In this document: positions 59,742 through 64,000 of the stretch, piece after piece
Layout: each line of letters opens with the position of its first letter
How positions within the stretch are numbered: position 1 is the stretch's first letter
Assembly: GCA_963745835.1 (NCBI GenBank)
Contig: CAVUZH010000019.1
Span: forward strand, 416,001 to 480,000
Source of the DNA: an uncultured delta proteobacterium
GTDB taxonomy: Bacteria > Desulfobacterota > Binatia > UBA9968
DNA length: 64,000 nucleotides
Reading direction: 5' to 3'
Notes under the pieces: model-generated
Database searches by the model: none
What the model saw: only the letters and a program-made list of their open reading frames with translations
What the model was told of the DNA's origin: nothing
Translations under genes and position numbers: made by a program

Positions 59742-59988
59742 ACGGACTCGGGTTGCAGACGGATAGACATAAGCACCGCCCCTCGACCTGAAATCTCTTC
59801 TCGCCCTAAAAAATTGGCTTTGCTAATGTAGGGGGTAATGATTTTGCTGGTAGTTATGCCCGCTCCAAACTTGCCACTATCACGCTGATCGAATATACCG
59901 ATAGTCGGTAGGGAAATTATCCCGGCGTGATCTGCTGTCAGCGTTCCCTTACCGGGAAACGTTCGCAGCAATTGAGAGGAGATAATCA

Positions 59989-60756
59989 TTGAACTCCAAA
60001 GCAAAATATTTTGATTGCCATTTCCATATCATCGATAAAAACTTTCCCGTCGTGCCCAATCAAGGATTCATGCCCGACGCATTTACCAGCGAAGATTATC
60101 TAGAGCGCTCGAAAGCGGTCGATCTTTGCGGCGGCGCGATCGTCTCGGGCTCGTTCCAGGCCTTCGATCAGAGCTATCTATTCCATGCTTTAAAAGTGCT
60201 GGGCCCATTTTTTGTCGGAGTCACCCAAGTGCCGCAGACCGTGTCCGATCAGGAATTACAGGAACTCAATGGCGCGGGTGTTCGCGCCGTTCGTTTCAAT
60301 GTCAAACGCGGCGGTTCGGAAGAAATTCATCATCTGGAAACCATGGCGCGGCGCGTCCATGAGCTGGTCGGCTGGCACACCGAGTTGTATGTCGATTCTA
60401 CCGAGCTTGCCGATCTTTTTGAGACTCTGGTTTCGTTGCCGGCAGTCAGCATCGACCATCTCGGTCTATCGAAAGCAGGTTTTCCGACGCTGCTAAAGCT
60501 TGCTGAAAAAGGTGTGCGGGTAAAGGCCACCGGTTTCGGACGGGTAGACTTCGACGTGCGTTCCGCGCTTAGCGATCTTTATGCGGCCAATCCACGGGTC
60601 CTCATGTTCGGCACCGACCTGCCGTCCACCCGCGCGCCCAGACCGTATCAGGATGAAGACTACACTCTGGTTCTGGAAACATTAGGCGAACAACAGGCGG
60701 CAGATGTTTTTTACAAGAACGCAATTGAGTTTTATCGACCGAAAAAGGCCCGATAG
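59989..60756 (+). CDS. Amidohydrolase_2-family metal-dependent hydrolase/lactonase
   Basis: DCHFH, GVR.VRFN, IDHLG, FGTDLP; GAGGAG SD before TTG. Confidence 0.85.
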   Translation: MNSKAKYFDCHFHIIDKNFPVVPNQGFMPDAFTSEDYLERSKAVDLCGGAIVSGSFQAFDQSYLFHALKVLGPFFVGVTQVPQTVSDQELQELNGAGVRAVRFNVKRGGSEEIHHLETMARRVHELVGWHTELYVDSTELADLFETLVSLPAVSIDHLGLSKAGFPTLLKLAEKGVRVKATGFGRVDFDVRSALSDLYAANPRVLMFGTDLPSTRAPRPYQDEDYTLVLETLGEQQAADVFYKNAIEFYRPKKAR

Positions 60757-60936
60757 GAAGGCAGGTCTCGCAACCGCCGTAGGTTTGGCGCTTTTTCGGA
60801 TGATCGGATTTGAGCTGAGCGGAAAAGGCTCTCCGACCGAACGGCAAGAACACTGTCGAGTCACCCTGAACAGCCCATATGCTCGCGAACTGCCCAACGA
60901 AGGATCACGCATACCGTTAGTACTTGGAGTAGTAAC

Positions 60937-61752
60937 ATGGCGCAACACATTGATGGACCTCTTTATTACGAGCGGATGGGACGCTCAGGGCCGGTGATTG
61001 CTTTTATTCATCCCAATCCAATGGACCAATCTTGCTGGATTTTCCAAATGGCGCATCTCTCGACATGGTACCGGTGTATTGCCATCGACATCCCGGGCTA
61101 CGGGCGCTCGCCTAAAGCCCAGCCCGGCCTGACGATGAACGACATGGCCCAGGCCTGTTGGGAAGCCGTCGACGATGCGCTACCCGGTGAAAAAGCGGTT
61201 CTGGTTGGCTGCTCGGTCGGCTCGTCGCTCGCGCCCCACATGTACCATCTTCGTCCGGACAAAACGGCGGCACTCGTGTTGTCGGGCACCGGTTACAATC
61301 CGAGCAAGGAATTCACCAAGGGAAGGATCGCCAACTACACGGCCAATGGAATTGATTATCGCTGGGCCTACACGTTCGAAGATCTAAGCGCGGCCTTTCG
61401 TACTACCCCGCTGGCGCATTTCTTCGCGAATCTTTTCACCGAACGCAATCAACACGCCGATGTGCAGACGATCATCTACCAATTCCAAGCACTGGCGCAG
61501 CCCTACCCCGAGGAGCATCATGAGCGTATCGCCTGCCCAACGATCATTCTGACCGGCAGCGAAGACAACAGCCATCAACGCGCTTTCGCACTTCAAGCGC
61601 GCATACCGAACTGTGAGTTGAGAACATTGCCGGGCGCCGGCCACGCTTGCCAGATAGAGCAACCTTGGCTGTTCGATCGCTTTATGATTGAGTTTCTTGC
61701 CAAGCACGGGCTGTTCCCCGGAGGATCCATGCCGGCTAAAACGATCATCTGA
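60937..61752 (+). CDS. Alpha/beta hydrolase
   Basis: D.PGYGRS, GCSVG nucleophile elbow, G.ED, GAGH. Confidence 0.88.
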   Translation: MAQHIDGPLYYERMGRSGPVIAFIHPNPMDQSCWIFQMAHLSTWYRCIAIDIPGYGRSPKAQPGLTMNDMAQACWEAVDDALPGEKAVLVGCSVGSSLAPHMYHLRPDKTAALVLSGTGYNPSKEFTKGRIANYTANGIDYRWAYTFEDLSAAFRTTPLAHFFANLFTERNQHADVQTIIYQFQALAQPYPEEHHERIACPTIILTGSEDNSHQRAFALQARIPNCELRTLPGAGHACQIEQPWLFDRFMIEFLAKHGLFPGGSMPAKTII

Positions 61753-61763
61753 GCGGCGCAGTA

Positions 61764-62654
61764 TCATTCCAACGTGATCGTCTGCAAAAAGTCCGGGATG
61801 ATCACCTTGATGTTGCGATCCACGGACTTGACGTCCTGCTCCAAACGTTGCGCTCTTCTTCTAACAGCTACGGTCATGCCGCTCGACAATGGAACCCGCC
61901 AGTCGTCGTAGTGATGAACGACGACCGTTTTCGGACGGAGAATCTTGAGAGCCTCGGTCCAATCATAGTTGCTGTTCTCGGCGAGAATGGCGATGTCGGG
62001 CTCTAAGCCTTGGAGATTCTCTTCGATGAAGTTGCCGGTGCTTTGGTGCAGCAGCCGGAGTTTACCGAAGGTGAAGTAGTAAAGATAACTTCCACCCTCG
62101 ACGAAATGTTTTCCGAGAATGGGACCGGACAGCGGGCGGGTGATTTCCGCGGACTTGGGTTGCCGTTTTTGACCATCCCGGGTGAGTATGCCGTGCTGGC
62201 TTTTAATCACTTGCACCAAGAAGTCTTTGAAATCCAATTTCTCGCCGCCGCTAATGGTCGTCAATTGCGCTTTATCGACACCGGCGCTCAACGAGAGATT
62301 CACAGTGGTTCTGGAGCCGAGAATCTTGGCCCCGAAGCGCTTAGCGATGAACGGGATGTCACCGATATGATCAGCGTGACTGTGGCCGGCGAAGATGTAG
62401 TCGGCGCCGCTGATAACTTTAAGTACCGCCTCTTCATCGGTCTTCCATTCTTCCGAGGCGACCGCCTGCTGGCGCGTGAGGAAGGGATCGATCAGGATTT
62501 TGGTCTGACCAATCTGAATTTCCCAACCGGCAGTACCGAGCCACTTCAGGGTCACATGCTGTGTTGGGGAAGCGGAGCCGGTTTGGGATTGTGCAGCTTG
62601 GGATCCAAACGCAATCGAAGCCATGATGAGAATGACGATTAAAGCGGCTCGCAT
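61764..62654 (-). CDS. Secreted metallo-beta-lactamase-fold hydrolase
   Basis: WLGTAG, LIDPF, GHSHADH, HHYD; signal peptide. Confidence 0.85.
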   Translation of the reverse strand: MRAALIVILIMASIAFGSQAAQSQTGSASPTQHVTLKWLGTAGWEIQIGQTKILIDPFLTRQQAVASEEWKTDEEAVLKVISGADYIFAGHSHADHIGDIPFIAKRFGAKILGSRTTVNLSLSAGVDKAQLTTISGGEKLDFKDFLVQVIKSQHGILTRDGQKRQPKSAEITRPLSGPILGKHFVEGGSYLYYFTFGKLRLLHQSTGNFIEENLQGLEPDIAILAENSNYDWTEALKILRPKTVVVHHYDDWRVPLSSGMTVAVRRRAQRLEQDVKSVDRNIKVIIPDFLQTITLE

Positions 62655-62854
62655 AATGATCCTCCTGGTCCGATATTCACGGTGAAAAGCTGCCGCTAAT
62701 CACTCGTGATTGCACAGCTTCTCCTAAGTACACTAGAGGCCCGACGAGAAACTTCTGCACGAAGCACACGTTTCTAACGGGTCTGGATATTACTACTGAT
62801 ATCGAGAACAATGATAGATACGACCGCTAAACGTCCGAACAAGGAAGTCAGACA

Positions 62855-64000
62855 ATGAACCAGATTGCTAACGATTCTGGCGACCAGCTATTCGCCTTCG
62901 ACAACACGTATGCCCGCGAACTCGAGGGTTTTTATGTCCCATGGCAAGCGGCGCAAGTGGCGCGGCCTCGGATGATAAAGTTCAACCATCAGCTGGCTGA
63001 TGAATTGGGACTGGATGCCGATGCTCTCGATTCGGACGCTGGCGCCAGGATCTTTGCTGGCAACGAAACACCCGAGGGAGCCGTGCCCTTGGCGCAAGCC
63101 TATGCCGGGCACCAGTTCGGCGGGTTTGTGCCTCAACTCGGCGATGGGCGAGCGCTGCTGATCGGCGAGGTGATCGATCGTTATGGGCGCCGCCGTGACA
63201 TTCAGCTCAAAGGCTCGGGTCCCACTCCGTTTTCGCGCGCAGGCGACGGTCGGGCAGCACTCGGACCCGTATTGCGCGAATATCTGATCGGCGAAGCCAT
63301 GCACGCGCTTGGCATCCCGACGACGCGAGCGCTTGCCGCAGTGGTCACAGGCGAGCCTGTTTATCGCGAGCGAGCCCTGCCCGGCGCAGTCTTGACGCGC
63401 GTTGCTGCCAGCCACGTCCGTGTCGGCACCTTCCAATTTTTCGCCGTGCGCGGTGAACAGGCCAAGGTGCGGCAACTGGCGGATTATGTGATCGATCGCC
63501 ATTATCCGGAGCTGAAGGGGCAGGCCAACCCCTTCCTGGGCTTGCTCGAGCGGGTGTGCGACAAACAAGCGGCGCTCGTTGCCGGCTGGATGCACGTGGG
63601 CTTCATCCACGGTGTGATGAACACCGACAATATGACGATCTCCGGTGAGACGATCGACTACGGCCCCTGCGCTTTTATGGATCATTACGATCCAGCCACG
63701 GTCTTCAGCTCCATCGACACTCAGGGCCGCTACGCATACGCCAATCAGCCAAGGATCGCGCAGTGGAACCTGGCGCGGCTGGCCGAAACGCTTCTGCCCG
63801 TGATCGATGAGGATACAAACCGCGCCATCGCGCGCGCCACTGAGGTGGTTAACGCTTTTTCAGGACGATACGAAACCTACTGGGTAAAAGGCATGCGCGC
63901 CAAGCTCGGACTATTCACTGAGGAAGAGGCCGATCTTAACCTTGCGACTGAGTTTCTCACGGCGATGGAGGGCAACGGCGTTGACTACACGTTAGCTTTT
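62855..64000 (+). CDS. selO: Protein adenylyltransferase SelO (YdiU), 3' truncated by window edge
   Basis: Read manually (absent from ORF track): [48 protein letters not shown]. Confidence 0.93.
   Translation, partial: MNQIANDSGDQLFAFDNTYARELEGFYVPWQAAQVARPRMIKFNHQLADELGLDADALDSDAGARIFAGNETPEGAVPLAQAYAGHQFGGFVPQLGDGRALLIGEVIDRYGRRRDIQLKGSGPTPFSRAGDGRAALGPVLREYLIGEAMHALGIPTTRALAAVVTGEPVYRERALPGAVLTRVAASHVRVGTFQFFAVRGEQAKVRQLADYVIDRHYPELKGQANPFLGLLERVCDKQAALVAGWMHVGFIHGVMNTDNMTISGETIDYGPCAFMDHYDPATVFSSIDTQGRYAYANQPRIAQWNLARLAETLLPVIDEDTNRAIARATEVVNAFSGRYETYWVKGMRAKLGLFTEEEADLNLATEFLTAMEGNGVDYTLAF

Noticed and set aside
62888-63685. 265-aa minus-strand ORF and the many other antisense ORFs in the track
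   Set aside because: They are shadows of well-supported genes on the opposite strand (here selO).

Overview
Bacterial chromosomal window. The gene content looks deltaproteobacterial, and the expanded ABC_sub_bind and TTT receptors suggest Ca. Binatia (inference). Four genes carry single-base frameshifts that look like long-read assembly errors. 1-15.3 kb: eight tandem orphan ABC_sub_bind-type solute-binding protein (SBP) genes (no permease or ATPase in view) with one secreted TPR protein among them. They run directly into a dCache-HAMP-GAF histidine kinase, a DivK-like receiver, a receiver-class III cyclase and a sigma54 activator; this is the best candidate for an undescribed multi-receptor sensing system. 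15.7-16.0 kb: an unannotated transcription unit with a perfect sigma70 promoter, strong SD and terminator, encoding a 17-aa Lys-rich peptide (MATKKKAAKKKAKKKKK) inside long-range RNA pairings. 16-31.7 kb: housekeeping genes (tlpA-like, ccdA, folE, pepA, trxA, mreBCD-mrdA-rodA, ppiD-like, phosphatase, NCS2 permease, lipB, lipA). 31.7-64 kb: small-acid metabolism and transport (class V aminotransferase, an uncharacterised Fe-S gene pair, two TRAP systems, amidase, glcD-F-E, garR/glxR-like), an MltD-like gene with a sigma54 promoter, an orphan Mo-enzyme large subunit between two copies of a CMD gene 3' end, DAHP synthase, hydrolases and a truncated selO. There are two ERIC-like ~125-bp palindromic elements. 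No rRNA, tRNA, CRISPR array or transposase was seen.
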